This document shows, one piece after another, positions 1 through 13,343 of a DNA stretch of 64,000 nucleotides. Source of the DNA: Azolla caroliniana (taxonomy: Eukaryota > Plantae > Polypodiophyta); assembly GCA_043228905.1 (NCBI GenBank), contig JBHGNT010000015.1, positions 3,968,001 through 4,032,000 on the forward strand. The letters are read 5' to 3'. The notes under the pieces were generated by a model. That model made no database searches. It saw only the letters and a program-made list of their open reading frames with translations, and had not been told where the DNA came from. Numbering within the stretch: position 1 is the stretch's first letter; each line of letters begins with the position of its first letter. Both the position numbers and the translations under genes were made by a program.

Positions 1-95
1 TTGCTTGTGTTGTACGTGTTGCACTAAATCCTTCTAGTCCAGAACCCCGGCGGTTCCATCTCACGATCCGCACATAGTGACGGATTTTCACGACA

Positions 96-455
96 TCGTG
101 GCTTTGTCAACCACAGATGCTGAGTATATGGTTGCGATAGAAGCTGAAAAACAATTGATTTGGATGAGAGATTTTCTAAGTGAACTAGGAATGAAACAAG
201 AAAAGTTCCTACTTCACTATGATAATCAGAGTGCCTAAGAATGTTGCCTATCACTCTCGTACAAAGCACATTCAAAGAAGGTATCGTTGGTTGTGAGAGA
301 GAGTGGAAGAAAATGAGTTTGTCTTAACGATGCTCCATATTGACGAAAATGGATCAAATATGCTTACTAAAATCTTATTTATGGAGAAACTTGTAGCCTG
401 CCGACGAAGGACTGGTTTGGTTGACCCCCCCCCATACATGAGTGAAGGGTGAGTT
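96..455 (+). mobile_element. Ty1/Copia RNase H 3' relic with polypurine tract
   Basis: Manual translation gives VALSTTDAEY...LIWMRDFLSELG...YDNQSA*...YHSRTKHI, the Copia RNase H motifs, with stops and a frameshift. A purine tract GAGTGAAGGGTGAG precedes a TGTTA LTR start near 456. Bases 1-95 end in CACGACA and may be another LTR end. Confidence 0.85.
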
Positions 456-569
456 TGTTATGTAAGGTTGTCCTTCCTTATGGGGGGAGTCAGCTAAAAA
501 GCCGAAATGAGTCGGCTGGCAGAAATAAGCCGAAAACAAAATGGAAATCTAGACGAATGGACGAATATA

Positions 570-1060
570 TTTGAAAGAAGGTTTGTCGCATTGGAACAAG
601 AAAATCAACGTTTGTTGGGGGATCTTCAACAAATCTCTTTAAAAAAGCAGCAAACGCAACAACAACATGGATAGTTGCAACAACAACATGAGGAGCTAGC
701 ATTATGCGTGCAACAACTTGAAGCAACCATTGTAGCATTGCAACAACAAGGACCAAGTACTCAAGGGATTCATAAAGAGCCCAAGATTGGCCATCCTATG
801 AAATTTGATAGAACACGATCACAGTTCAGAGGATTCCTTAATCGGGTACGATCAGTCATTCAAATGCATCATTCCTGATATCCCACCAATGCATTGCGAG
901 TGGGTCTAGTAGGCACGTTGCTAAGCAGCTCAACTTTGACATGGTTCGCGTCGTTGTTAGAAAAAATATCTCCATTACTAAAAAAATTTGAGGAGTTTCT
1001 AAGCGAGTTTAAAGCATGTTTTGGAGATACTAATAGCATAAGGACGACAATCAACAATTT
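570..1060 (+). mobile_element. Degenerate Tcn1-like Gypsy gag fragment
   Basis: ORFs 675-878 and 894-1142 match the gag at 43937 (HKEPKIG..KFD.TRSQFRGFLN; RVGL.GTLLS..WFA.LLEK), broken by stops. Confidence 0.85.
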
Positions 1061-1173
1061 TCCGTGTACTCACCTCGCCCTGTGGAGTGTCACGCTCCTT
1101 ATGAGAAGCCGGCACGAATGTAGTCTTCATCAAGTTGTCTGACTGAGATCAATGGTCTTGAGAGCTCAGGTAT

Positions 1174-3163
1174 TGTCATGATATAGCATGGTATGGTTTC
1201 AAAAGGATTTGAACACATGACCTTGTGTTAGTAGGGTTGAAGCCCTACCATTAAGCTATATAAAGAATACATTATTAAGCTATAATACATTATAATATAA
1301 AGAATATTGTTTTCATTTATTATTTCACTTAGGAAATCCATGTATATTCTAGATTTCTCTGGAACATTCTAGAAATGTCAAGAGTACGCCTAAGCCCACT
1401 ATAAAAAGAGGCACGTGGAATTATTGAGAACCAATTCGATTCAACGCCAGTCTTAAGCTTCCTAGTTGTTCTTGTATCTTTCTTCATATAATATAATATA
1501 CTTCTTGTTGTCATCATTATCTATCTCTACTCTCTCTCTCTTTCCTCCTCTCTTGTGATTCTCACACCCTCTTTCACTTATTAGTACTAATCCTCATTCT
1601 TCTCCTCTATCTTTAGTACTAATTCTCCTTACCTCTAGTACTATCTCTAACAGTTTGAACCGAATTGTCTTCAGCTTCGTATCCCTCCTTCCCTTCATAC
1701 TAATCTTCTTATCCTTCCTTCCTCCAATACTATGGCAACTGTTAGCACTCAAGAATATCAACCTGTTTTCTTGGAGCATCAATGCTTGAAAGAAAGGTTT
1801 GTCGCATTAGAACAAGAAAATCAACGACTATTGGGGGATCTTCAACACGCAAATTTCTACCGCAAGTTTATACATGACTACTCAAAGCTTATTTTGTCTC
1901 TCACACAGCTTACCAAGAAGGGATAGTCGTTCATTTGGTCTAAGGAAGTGGACACAACTTTTGTGAGTGTTATAAAAGCATTTATCTCAGCTCCTATTCT
2001 AGCTCATGTTGATTCGAAAAAACCGTTCATCATTTAGGCAAACGCGTTAGATTTTGTCCTTGGTAGCATTCTGTCACAACAAGGTGATGATGAAAAACTA
2101 CATCTTGTGGCTTTCCACTCGCGCAAGTTTGACACCGCTGAAATCAACTACGAGATACATGACAAGGAGCAACTAGTAATAGTGAACTCTTTTGCACAAT
2201 GGAGGCACTTTTTAGAGGGATCTTCTCATCAAGTCTCCATATTCAGTGATCACAAAAATCTTTCCTACTTCCAGAATGCTGGTGTACTAAATCGACAACA
2301 TGTTCGGTTGGCCCAATTCCTCACTCGTTTCAACTTAAAAATTACATATCGTCTTGGAAAGCAGCAAGGGAAGGCAAATGCATTATCGCGATGCTCATAT
2401 CTAGCACCTCATCCTAGTAATCCAACATTTGATAATCAAAAGCAAGTAATCCTAGGACCAACACGACTGCAAGCAACATGGGTTCTTGATACTCCATTGG
2501 ATTCCCGCATTATCGATACCATACATGAAGACTTGAAGACGGACGCTTTCGCTCAAGCCATTCTAGTGCAAATTGATCCCTCTCGGGCATCCTATTCACA
2601 GTTGCAACATCCGGGTACGGACTATCAACAATTCGAATGGCATGATGGATTACTATTCTTTAAGAAATTCTTGTATGTTCCCAATGGTTCTTGTCGCCTT
2701 TGGGTAGTCCAAAATTGTCATGACACATATACAATTTGACATTTTGGTAGTACTAAAACGTTGGATTTAGTACAACGATCATTTTGGTGGCCTCATATGC
2801 GCCGATTTATCGAAGACTATGTTCGGACATGTGACACATGTTGTAGAGCAAAGATGCCAAGGCATCATCCATATGGTTTATTGGACCATTGCCAATTCCA
2901 AGCAAGCCGTGGCAGTCCATTTCTCTAGATTTTATCACAGATCTTCCTGTTTCAAAGGGATTCGATGCAATCTTAACAGTAGTAGATCAATATACTAAGA
3001 TGGCAGATTTCCTACCTTGTACTAAGGAAATCACTAGTGAAGAAACCGCCGAAATTGTCATGCATGAGGTATTTCGGCATCATGGCCACCCAGATAGTAT
3101 CATCAGCGACCGTGGACCTCAATTCGTCTCGAAATTCTGGAAGCATCTCTTCAAAATGCTCAA
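1174..3163 (+). mobile_element. Truncated, internally deleted Tcn1-like chromovirus (element F): 5' LTR 1174-1652, gag start fused to RT/RNase H/integrase
   Basis: LTR runs TGTCATG...AACA and resembles the LTR at 43437. PBS-like GTTTGAACCGAATT follows. gag MATVSTQEYQ (1732) joins directly to [10 protein letters not shown] near 1847. RNase H ([17 protein letters not shown]) and integrase (WQSISLDFITDLP) follow; the element is cut at ~3163. Confidence 0.9.
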
Positions 3164-4300
3164 CTGTTGTCGAACATGATTGCACTATCAAGTACACTGA
3201 CTCCGACAAGTGCATCTGAATTGTGGTGCAGACTATTTTGTCCAACTTTTGTCATTCATTCGGTTTGTATCCTTCTAGAGCATTTTCGTTTTCAATGGGT
3301 CCGATTTGCCCGGTGACTATCAGATAGTCTTGCATCTACTCCTTCCAGAAGTTGAAGTTTGATCTATCGAACTTCCTTAGACTCATCTCTGACGAGCCCG
3401 ATGTTGATGCCATCTGTGTCAACTTGTTAAACTTTGTTCGGAGTTTACTACAAACGGTGGTGGGATGCAGCCGACTGGGTCACCCGATATTGTTCTAGTC
3501 GGATTCGAACACAAGTCGAATTGGCTTCCCGAGTTCGGTAATTGAATCTTTCGATTTGAGTTCAATGCCGATTTCGAGATGTCGAGCACAGATTTTGTGC
3601 CGATTGGTCCTCTCGAATGTTGTTCAGCCGAATGAAACACATATTGGGGTTGTTCCCTAGAGCCCAAACTGCTACGAGTGATTACAACGAGTGAGTAAAT
3701 AGTGTCTATTGACCTATTCGATTGTCTTCTAATCCGATGTAGCACGATTTCAGAGGTAGAATCTTCAAAACAAAATCTCACTCCGAGTGGCTACAATCCC
3801 AGGGGTAAAGTACAGCCACTAGCTTACTTTAATGGTGATTTAGAACAATGGAGTGCAAGTTTTGCAGGTGTTTCTCTTCACAAAAAAGATATTGTAGAGA
3901 GTTGCCAACCAAGATCTTCAAGGTGTACAGAGGAAGAGTTGTTGATGGAGACTAAGTAGACGGCAGAAGCATAATTGAAAACACCAAGCTCTAATACCAG
4001 ATGTTGGGAACATGGTCGTCTAATGCGAAACAATCTCAACACTCCTCTCTTGAAATATCATTAACAAGTACAAGCGTAGATTGATGATTACAAGCAACTA
4101 AAGCAAGTAACAAGATCAACACGAATGCAAGAAGGAGAGATCATAACCCTAAACCACACGAACATTAGGGGGGGGGTGTAACATCTCCAATGTCATATAT
4201 TGTCAATAATTGAATGGTATCATCATTACATTTGTAGTGGGACATGTTGAATTGCCTATAGGCAAGATGAATGTTCCACCAAGTAAAGAAATTAAGAATC
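3164..4300 (-). mobile_element. Ty1/Copia 5' relic (LTR, tRNA-iMet PBS, gag N-terminus)
   Basis: Minus-strand PBS TGGTATTAGAGC at 3988-3999, next to an LTR end at 4002. gag from 3413 reads MASTSGSSEMSLRKFDRSNFNFWKE*MQDYL...KIVCTTIQMHLSESV. The outer LTR boundary is approximate. Confidence 0.75.
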
Positions 4301-5473
4301 TCGACTTGCTCTAATGAACAAAATTGCCATCCATACACATATATCTTATCATGTATTTTAGTTCTATGAGCCTTAGGACTACCTATCTAGTTCTCTACAT
4401 TTTACACCATCATATATCAAATGCTAGACTCCACATCATAGACATTGAATCGTGTGTTATGTTTTGATCAACTTATGATATGAATCATTGGTGTACACTA
4501 TAAGTATTACTCTAGTTCTCTACACGTCAATAGGCTTCTCTAATCACTTGTTTCTTTCTCTTTCAAACTTGGTTATTACCCCTCATACCATTATTCTTCC
4601 ACTTGGAATATGCACCAAGGGATGCATAGCTCACGATTACATTAAGTATTCCAACCTAATTAAATCTTTGCCTCATGGGAGATCTTGAAAGTTGGTGATC
4701 ATAGATTGAATCTCGTTGTAATATCCACCTCTTGAAATCCATTTAAATAGGGCATCCGGCTTGGCAAAGTTGTGTAGGGTTTGTACTTGAAGTATACCTT
4801 TCAATAAAATAAATCTATCACTATCAGGGCAATTGGAACTCAATCATGCCTTTCAAATGTTTGGAATACATGTATTTTTTTTCCCCAAAACGAAGCTACT
4901 TTCCCATTGGTTGGGAGAATTATTGTAGAAAGACTATACAAGGGGGCTTGTACATAGATCGGGGAAACACCCTCTGATTGAGTTCAAGAATATGAGACTA
5001 CATACATAGCCTTTCAAACTAACTACTTAATGTAAGTAGATACCTATAGCTATAAACGGTGTCCTTCAGCGCTGGCCAATACAAGCCGAATATACATTTT
5101 TTCTTTCTTACAAAATAATGTGGTGGCACAATTAGTTAGGCTAGAATATGACACATGAAATTGTATATTTGCCCACATGTATCATTAGTAGACATTGAAT
5201 GAGACTCGAAAAAAATGATCATGGTTATAATAAAGTTGCACTTGGTACAACAAAACAAAATTTGAGTCATTTTCATTACAATATGGAATTTTATAAAGTT
5301 CTCTACCTCCATTTCCATGTGTTCATTATATCAAGTTTCAACAATGTCTTCTCCTTATAATAATATTCATTATAAACAATAGGATCGTGTGGAAAACTAG
5401 AGGACATTCTTACCCTTTTCACGGTGCCTTTCACCATTTCCAATGTCCCCATTTGTGAGCCATAAATTTGATT

Positions 5474-5693
5474 TACATTAATGGATCAAGGGGCGAAATA
5501 GAATACCAATTTGAGAACATTTTTTTTGTTACTCATATGAGAAGTGCTAATAAACATATCCCCAAATGTTGCCTAAAGATGTACATTAATGATGGATCAA
5601 GGGGTGAAATAGAATACCAATTTGAGAACATTTTTTTTGTTACTCATATGAGAAGTGCTAATAAACATATCCCCAAATGTTGCCTAAAGATGT
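5474..5693. repeat. Tandem duplication of ~110 bp
   Basis: Two near-identical copies of ATGGATCAAGGGG(C/T)GAAATAGAATACC...CCTAAAGATGTA starting at 5481 and 5592. Confidence 0.9.
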
Positions 5694-6011
5694 AAAAATG
5701 CTGAGTTTTTCTTTAGCTTTGGAAATCACGAAGAAATAATTAGTTACAGCTTCCATCCCATGTTTATATGATGAAAGCGTTAAGCGTATGCACGAATCGA
5801 AGTACATAAAAAAATACAAATGCCCCTTTTGTACACTATACAGTTAGGATAACACTATGTACAATAAATTTATGAAGTCCAGGGTGAAACAATTATTGAC
5901 ATTGTTTGTGTCCACCTCATTTTTTGAGAAACTCCGAACCATTGGTACCACAATAATGCGGAACACTTATTTTGGTATATGCTTAATTTCGTTGGCTTAT
6001 TAGTAATTTAG

Positions 6012-9000
6012 TCATATGAATGTACTATCATTGTAAATGTTGATAGCACAACCCATAGGGGCTCTATGGGGAATACCTTTCCGCCTTTTAGAATTTCTAT
6101 TCACAGGGGAACTTTTAGTTAAAGGATTTTCGGATTGAGGTATTTGATTGTATAATAAACTAGGGGTTTGTAACAACTGAGTTGATGCGTTAGCATGACT
6201 CACTTTTTTGTCACTTTCACCATTAAAATATACTAGATTCGAGTTGGTTCTATAATCATGAGAAGTCTCAACTTGTTGAAAGTGTGATTGTGCCACCATG
6301 GGTTGCATTTGGTGGTTGTAAGGAGACAATTCTTCACTCTTTGGTGGTTTAGCCTGTAGGATGAATGTTGTGTCCCCGTACTTTTTAATTCCAGCAAGCT
6401 GTTGTTGGTAAACCGAAACTTTGTTTAAACAAAATCACAAGTTGATAAGACATAAAATAAAGTTTGCAGTCATTTTGTTGCACAAGTAAAATGTCCACAT
6501 ATATGTTCAGGACCACATTTAACTCTTGTTTACCTTTTATTCGGTTATGAAATGATAATTACATTTTAAATCAATGCATGTTCCATGATACTAAATAAAT
6601 GTGCACACCGCAACAAACTAGAAAAAGATAGACATCTCATAAAAAACGGAGAGAGGCTTTTATAGTACTCATAATGTTGCCCTGGAGCGGGGGGGGGGGG
6701 GGGGGTATGTGCACACAGTAACATGTGACTTTAGAATGTTGATGATAATATTTATTTGACCAATATACGATCAATAATTTCATACTTGTTTTTTTCAATT
6801 GATGGAAATCACATCCCCTAAAATAGATAATGTGATTAATGTATTAGATAGTTTTGACTTATCAATTGTTTGATATACATGCAATGACACACACGTTGAG
6901 CACATGGTGGGGCCTTAGGTCACCGAACTTAAGAGAGTACCGAGGGAAGATGTCTATTTCTCTAGCCCCATCTTGGAAGGTTAAAAGATTTGTCTACGAT
7001 TTACGGGGACATGAAGCCCAAATTAACACAAGGTTCGCTTGTTTCTCTATGTTATCCACGTATTACCACAACTTTCACAATTTCCTAACGAAAAATAGCA
7101 TTTGCCATTCACTACAATATGCAAGATGCCATTTTCTATATATCATCCACTATCTGGAGAAGAAAAAAGCTCAACTTCTCTTGTCCTCAATGTGCAAGAG
7201 CACATGGTGGGGCTCCTCCTCTTCATAATAGTAGGTGAAGAGTCAAATCTTTGTCACTCAATTAAATAGAAATGTATTGATGATATTTTAGGTATACTAA
7301 GATACACTTGAAAATATATTGAAGAATGATTACTTTTGTTCATGTTTACGCCCATAAAATATTGTATAAGTTCAACACGTTAGGCAATATTGTGTGCATA
7401 TGCACATCAGACAATGTGTAGAAAAGGCATCCATCTTGATTTGCTAAAGATAATGGGTTGATCTATTATTTTGATTTGCCTAAAGTATACAAGATAGGCA
7501 AATTTTGCCAATTTGGTAAGGTCATTAGTTCAAATGATGTGGGTGGCTCAAAGTAGGGTAGTTTCTTGCCATTGTAAAACTTAGATTTCTTATGGGAAAG
7601 ATGATTATGAGATTTCTAACTTGTATTTATAGTTTGGATAAATGTGTACACAATTTGTTGGTGGTTAGCTTAGTGGTTAACATATTGAACTCACTGACCA
7701 TGATGTCCTTGTGTTGAAAACCCTTAAAATCATTGAAGGGATTGTACCTATCGTGTTGGTATGAGCATATGGAAATCATGGGGCCAATGCTCAACTACAA
7801 ACAACTTTAATATCCATCATTACCTTCATATGATTGAGATTGGTGTGCAATATTGTTCAACAATCAAGATTGCAATCCCGGTCACAAGATGATGATTGAG
7901 GTACATCAAGATATTGTATATGGTGGTGTGATATTCATCAAGTTTGATCATGAAGGGCCTGGTCTTCATCAATCGCCACTTTTAAGGTTCATGGAAGGAT
8001 TCCACCAAATAGTAATGAGCATGTATAAGAATCTATCATCATTACGAACATGTAGATAGTGGAAATGAGCTCTTGGATCATGTCAAAATTTAGCTCACTC
8101 CCTATCTTTACTTTTTTAATAAAACCAATAAAAGAATATTCAACTTCTAATGGTTGTTGCCCATCCAGTCATTTGGTCAATATATTCAATCCAATCACTA
8201 AAAGCAAAAAAAATGATTTAAAAAGCCAAAACCCTTGTGTAATCTCTTATAGTGGTAATTTTCTTTCCTCTATCGTGAACATATTCTTACCTTATAGTAG
8301 CACACTTCTTGCATGGTCAAGACAACAAGGTAAAAACTAGTTTCTTGTTGTATGTGGTTCTAATTCATTATAGTTCATCTAGAAGGTAGTTCATCTAGAA
8401 GGTGATATGCCTCCTTGACATGTTTCACTAAAGTTCGAAATCATTGCCTTAAGTTTGGAATCTATACGAGGACCCAAGGGATCAATCTGTGACCATGACC
8501 CATAAACAATTGCAAGTTGAGTTTCAAACAAATTTCCAAGGCCCTTTTGATTTAGACTTACGTTTCCTTGAAAGCAAGGCATGATACATTAACTTATATG
8601 ATGAAGATAAGAGAGACGAACAATAATTTACCTTGCAAGCAAGAGAGCAAAAGCGGAAAGTGTCAAGGAGGCTACGGCCACAAATGTGGCAATTGTTGGT
8701 GACCCCCTTGCCTTGGCGTGGTTGTGGTCGACCTCGTATGAACACAACCCTTGCACTATTTATTATGTATGTCTGGATCCCACAAAGGTCGATGGCCTTC
8801 TGGATCTCGGTCACTCGGATTACGTCATGGTATGATGACCTCCTTATCTGCACAACGTTTGCATTTTAACATGAACCAACCGAATGTTGTCAATTAACAT
8901 GATAGGGGTATTCGGGTGAAATATAGAAACTAAAGGGTATTTTGGTAAATATACCCAACAAGTTAGGGGTATTCTTAATTAATCTCCCCTTGCTAATCAA

Positions 9001-9931
9001 ATCAATCACCTAATTAATTACTAATGCATTCAATCAACTAATTGATCACCATTTATCTAATTCTAAACAATATTCCTAATCTACATTGTACTTCACTAGT
9101 AAATTTGGATTAATTAAGCACCATTGTGGCAATGGCGGCCAAATCGTTGTGATCACAAAATGAATACCGCATTTGAACTCAATTAATATATTCTTATGAT
9201 CCTCTTCTTGATGCAGACAAAGCAACTAGGTGCTTCGGATGCATTACATTTTTACATCCAATGTACATCAAAATTATGACATAATGATCATCAACAATGT
9301 TAATACACCCTAACTACTTCTTTGTTCCCAGTTGAGTCTCCGTGTATAATTAAGCATGCATCCTATAATATGCTAGATGTGACGGGAGGTTAATCCACAT
9401 TGTAGCAAGCAATGCTAAAACTCTTGGATATATTAGAATAAGCAAGCTAGGCATGAATATTCAATGTTTATACTCAATTCATATGATGATAAATGAGCTT
9501 CTCAACTAGAGTTAGATCAATACTAATGTGCAAAACATTGATATAAGTTCCATGTGGTAATCCATGTAATGTTGGATACCTACCAAGCTATGCAATCCAA
9601 AAAAATTGTTTCAAACTATGATGTGATAGCTAGGCCCATGCATTTGTGTTGCTTGACACTTTTACATGAACTTGCACAAATGCAGAGATGGAGGGCGCTC
9701 TCGCTCGAGCACGCCTCTAGAAGCTCTCGCTCACGATGTTAAAGATCAATCGATCGATGCAATCGGGATGTGGGGCATTAAATTATAATGTTGTGGGGTA
9801 ATCCATAGTAAAAATGCTTTACACTAACTACATTCTCATTATATAAACATGTTAGGAACCCTAATTTTTGACAATGTGGCAGGAGAGAGAGACAAAGAGA
9901 CCCATGATTCCAATAGTGATGACACTCAATG

Positions 9932-9977
<46 letters not shown>

Positions 9978-10391
9978 CTGAATGACTTGATGGTGTTTGT
10001 GGTGGGATGGGAGACAAGTGGAGCAAAATGCAGGGGCTCCCACACAATCCAAGCAAAATTGGTTACATTCAGCTCTGCTAATTGATTGATGATGGTGGTG
10101 ATGATCTTCTGATGATGATGAGGAGGAGGAGGAGCCATGGTGGAGTGAGCATGGAGCAAAGAAATTTGTCCTAATCAGTGGCTCCAGCCATGGGGGTGCA
10201 ATTATATACAGCATCTTCACATCCTTCTTGTTCTCATTGCCATTCTCTGTGTCATCATTCTTATGATTCTTCTTATTGTGGTTGCTTTGCTCAATGATTG
10301 CCCCTTGATTATCTTCCTTAGTGTTGTTACTATTAATCATTGTTTTTTTTTTTTGTTTAGCTGTAAATGATTGCTTCCCCCCAAATCTCAT
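6012..10391 (-). CDS. PLATZ: PLATZ zinc-dependent transcription factor; exons 10391(or 10340)-9978, 8847-8632, 6398-6012; ~321-338 aa
   Basis: Diagnostic PLATZ motifs: PPWLEPL...FF.PC..H...ECN.FCLDC...FC..C...H..H.VIQ|[30 protein letters not shown]...RPQPR.GKGVTN.C..C.RSLLD.FRFCSL.CK, and C-terminal [15 protein letters not shown] sites at 9977/8848 and 8631/6399 keep the frame (exon lengths 414, 216, 387). The start codon is uncertain. Confidence 0.93.
9938..9974. repeat. (GA)n microsatellite at the start of PLATZ intron 1
   Basis: Uninterrupted GA run next to the exon 1 splice donor. Confidence 0.95.
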
Positions 10392-10750
10392 GCAATTGTA
10401 GGAAGCAGGAGTTGGTTTAGGGAGTGATTAGTGGTACAATCAAGGGAAACAGGGGAGGGTGCTGACAATTTTGATATTTTTTAAGGGGTGATTAGGGAGT
10501 GATTAAGGGAAACAGAGGAAAGGAGGGGTATCATTGCAAACAATGTGTCTAGAGCTAAATTAAGAGGAATCTTAGAGATAGAGGAAGGTGATAATCATTC
10601 CCCCCCCCCCCTCCTAATTAAGGGGTGATTAGGGGATGATGAAGAGAAGCAGAAGATGATCAAGTAATGCTTGGTGGATGTGCAAGTGGTGTTTAGGGGA
10701 TACTTAGGGATGATCAGGGTCTGATTAAGGGGAAAGCAGATGGTTAGAGG

Positions 10751-10817
10751 TGATTAAGGGAAACAGAGGATGATTAAGGGAAACATAGGATGATTAAGGG
10801 AAACAGAGGATGATTAA
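10751..10817. repeat. 20-bp tandem repeat upstream of the PLATZ start codon
   Basis: TGATTAAGGGAAACAGAGGA x3 plus a partial copy; related copies are dispersed across 10420-10740. Confidence 0.8.
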
Positions 10818-11187
10818 AGGGGAGGAGATCATTGCTGTTAATTATAGCTAAATTAAGAGAGAGAGGAGTGATTATGACCCCTAATTAATCTGGTTTATGG
10901 ATTGATTTAATTAAGCTTTTCATTACTATTACTCTCTCACACACACTCACACACACACACACACAGACAATGCCAAATGTGTGATGCCAAAATATGTATA
11001 TATAAATGGAGATCAAATTCCTCATAACAAAAACATAATGTATTACTAACTACACACACACAAACACAAACAATAAAAATCCTACTCTATTAAAAAAGGA
11101 AGAAGAAGGGGAGTGATTAAAAAAAACAAATGGTTTAGGCAGTCATGCAGTTATAGAGTCATGGAAAATGCATTTTTCTGCTTCACA

Positions 11188-11220
<33 letters not shown>

Positions 11221-12689
11221 AAATTAAAAACACAAATTTAGAAGGGAGGAATAAATAAATAAAAACCCAGAAAAATTAGGAGAAATAAGGGAAATTTCTG
11301 ATAAAATAAATCACTTTTAATTTTAATTAATTTAAATATTGGGGGGCCTCATCTATAAAAAAAAAGCTCACAACATGTGTGTAAAAGTAACAACCCTTTG
11401 CCTGCCTTTATTTATATTCTAATTATTAATCCATCAGTTTCAGAAACAGAGTCTACATGTATATGCATGTATTTGTGAGAGTATAATGCAACAGAAAAAG
11501 CTGTAAATTAAACTAAATCAAACCAAATTGAATTGAAACAAAATAATATTTCTCATTAGTTTTTATTTTATTTTATATAAGAGCATTTGCTCTCCCAAGT
11601 GCTCTTTAAAGTGAAAAGAACTAAAACTAAAAAAAAGGGGATGCTTTGTGTGTTTGTGTGTGTTGTCTCCTTTTCTTTTGAAAATATTTTAAATCTTATT
11701 ATTTATTTGTTTGATCTATTATTTATTTTTATCATGGGAGGGAGGAAGAAACAAAACAAAAGAGTTTTTTAATAGAAGACTATTAAACAAATTAAAACCT
11801 GAAAAATAAATCATTTGTAAAATCAAAACATTTTACAAATTTATAGAAAAAGGTTCAAAGATTTGTGCCACTTTATATAAGAATCTCCACTGTATACATA
11901 TGTTACATTGTAATTAGTTGGTAATTAGGTTTTTAATCCCAATTATTTTATGCCAGCTTAATGCCATTAATCCCTCCCCCCTCCACCCACACACATCTTT
12001 GCATTGGTAATTTTTAATTACACCACAATACCCCTTGCCTCTTTTCCAACATTTACAAATTACAATAATGTGCACGCCCTCCTTTGGGGTTTCACCTCAT
12101 TCATGCGAATCCCCCAATCCATTATATGTCTCATAGATCAGAGTCAGTCTCCTGTGGACGTTAAAAAGATATCTACCTATCTATGTCTTTAGAAACTTTA
12201 CTCCTCTAGAAAGGATTAGTCTACATACCACGATAACCACCTACTCCCCATTTAAAGGCAAAGGGGGATTGAGTTGGAGAGGGATAGGGGAATGGCAGTA
12301 ACGAAAATTTCCTCGGGTAAAATCCCTTTGAGCCTTTTGTATTAAATGTAAGCAAGAGAGATGAATGAATGAAGCCATCAGTTCCAAGCCACGTTAATGA
12401 ATATCGAATCAATGATGAGTTGGAGCATGTAACTTGTCGAGGAAGCTAGACGACACTAGCGCATTGCACTCGATGAGCATTTCTAGGGCGGTTAAGAAGG
12501 TGTATGATAACAAGAAAAAGAAAGAAAAAAGAAAGAAGGAATGATGGCAAAACAACTGGGTTGATGTATCACTATCATGCAACCAAAAACATATAAGGGA
12601 ACAAAAGGAACTTAACTTGTGGGCTCCCCACCAATCCACAAAAGAAGCCAAAAATTCTTACCTAGGCCTACTTATAAGGGGTTGGAATT

Positions 12690-12732
<43 letters not shown>

Positions 12733-13302
12733 GGTTAGATGAAGTTCTTTTCTTTTTCTTTCTCTGGTAGTTAAGCAATTCTTATTTGCCAACCTGGAAA
12801 CAATGCATTTCTTCTTCCCCCAACCAAAATCGTGCACACTATCAAATGTCCTTCTTTTATGGCCATTTTAAGCCTCTATGTATGTGTGGGTGTGGGTGTC
12901 AATCGGATTTGATGTGTGGTCTTGTAGATCAGATTTGACCTCCCAACAATGAAGATAATAAAATCTATCTATCTATAAATAGAAATTCATAGAGTTTAAC
13001 ACGCTCGCGTTTGTACATTTATTGTTCTCTTCAATCGTATTTTTGTGTACCTCATTATACAATCCCAAGTTCAAAATTTGCCTCCACATACATTCCAAAT
13101 TACCTATCCATATGTCAATGATATCTCTTTCACTCTCTCTCTACTTCGTAAATCATTTGAATAGCTTACAAATGTCCTCTGTGTGTAAAAGGACAGAATT
13201 ATATTAATTGTATGCAAAATCCATTTGTTACAACTTCTTAGTCTCCCCTGCGTACAGGTTGAAGGACATCTTCTAAAGCCATTAGAAACTTGAATATGCA
13301 CT

Positions 13303-13343
<41 letters not shown>

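Noticed and set aside
7660-7725. A-box TAGCTTAGTGG with a degenerate B-box in PLATZ intron 2 (similar B-box near 14250)
   Set aside because: No cloverleaf, tail or TSD; at most decayed SINE relics.
7850-8340. ORFs 7853-8059 and 8059-8340 in PLATZ intron 2
   Set aside because: No recognisable protein; the opposite strand has only faint LINE RT-like remnants.
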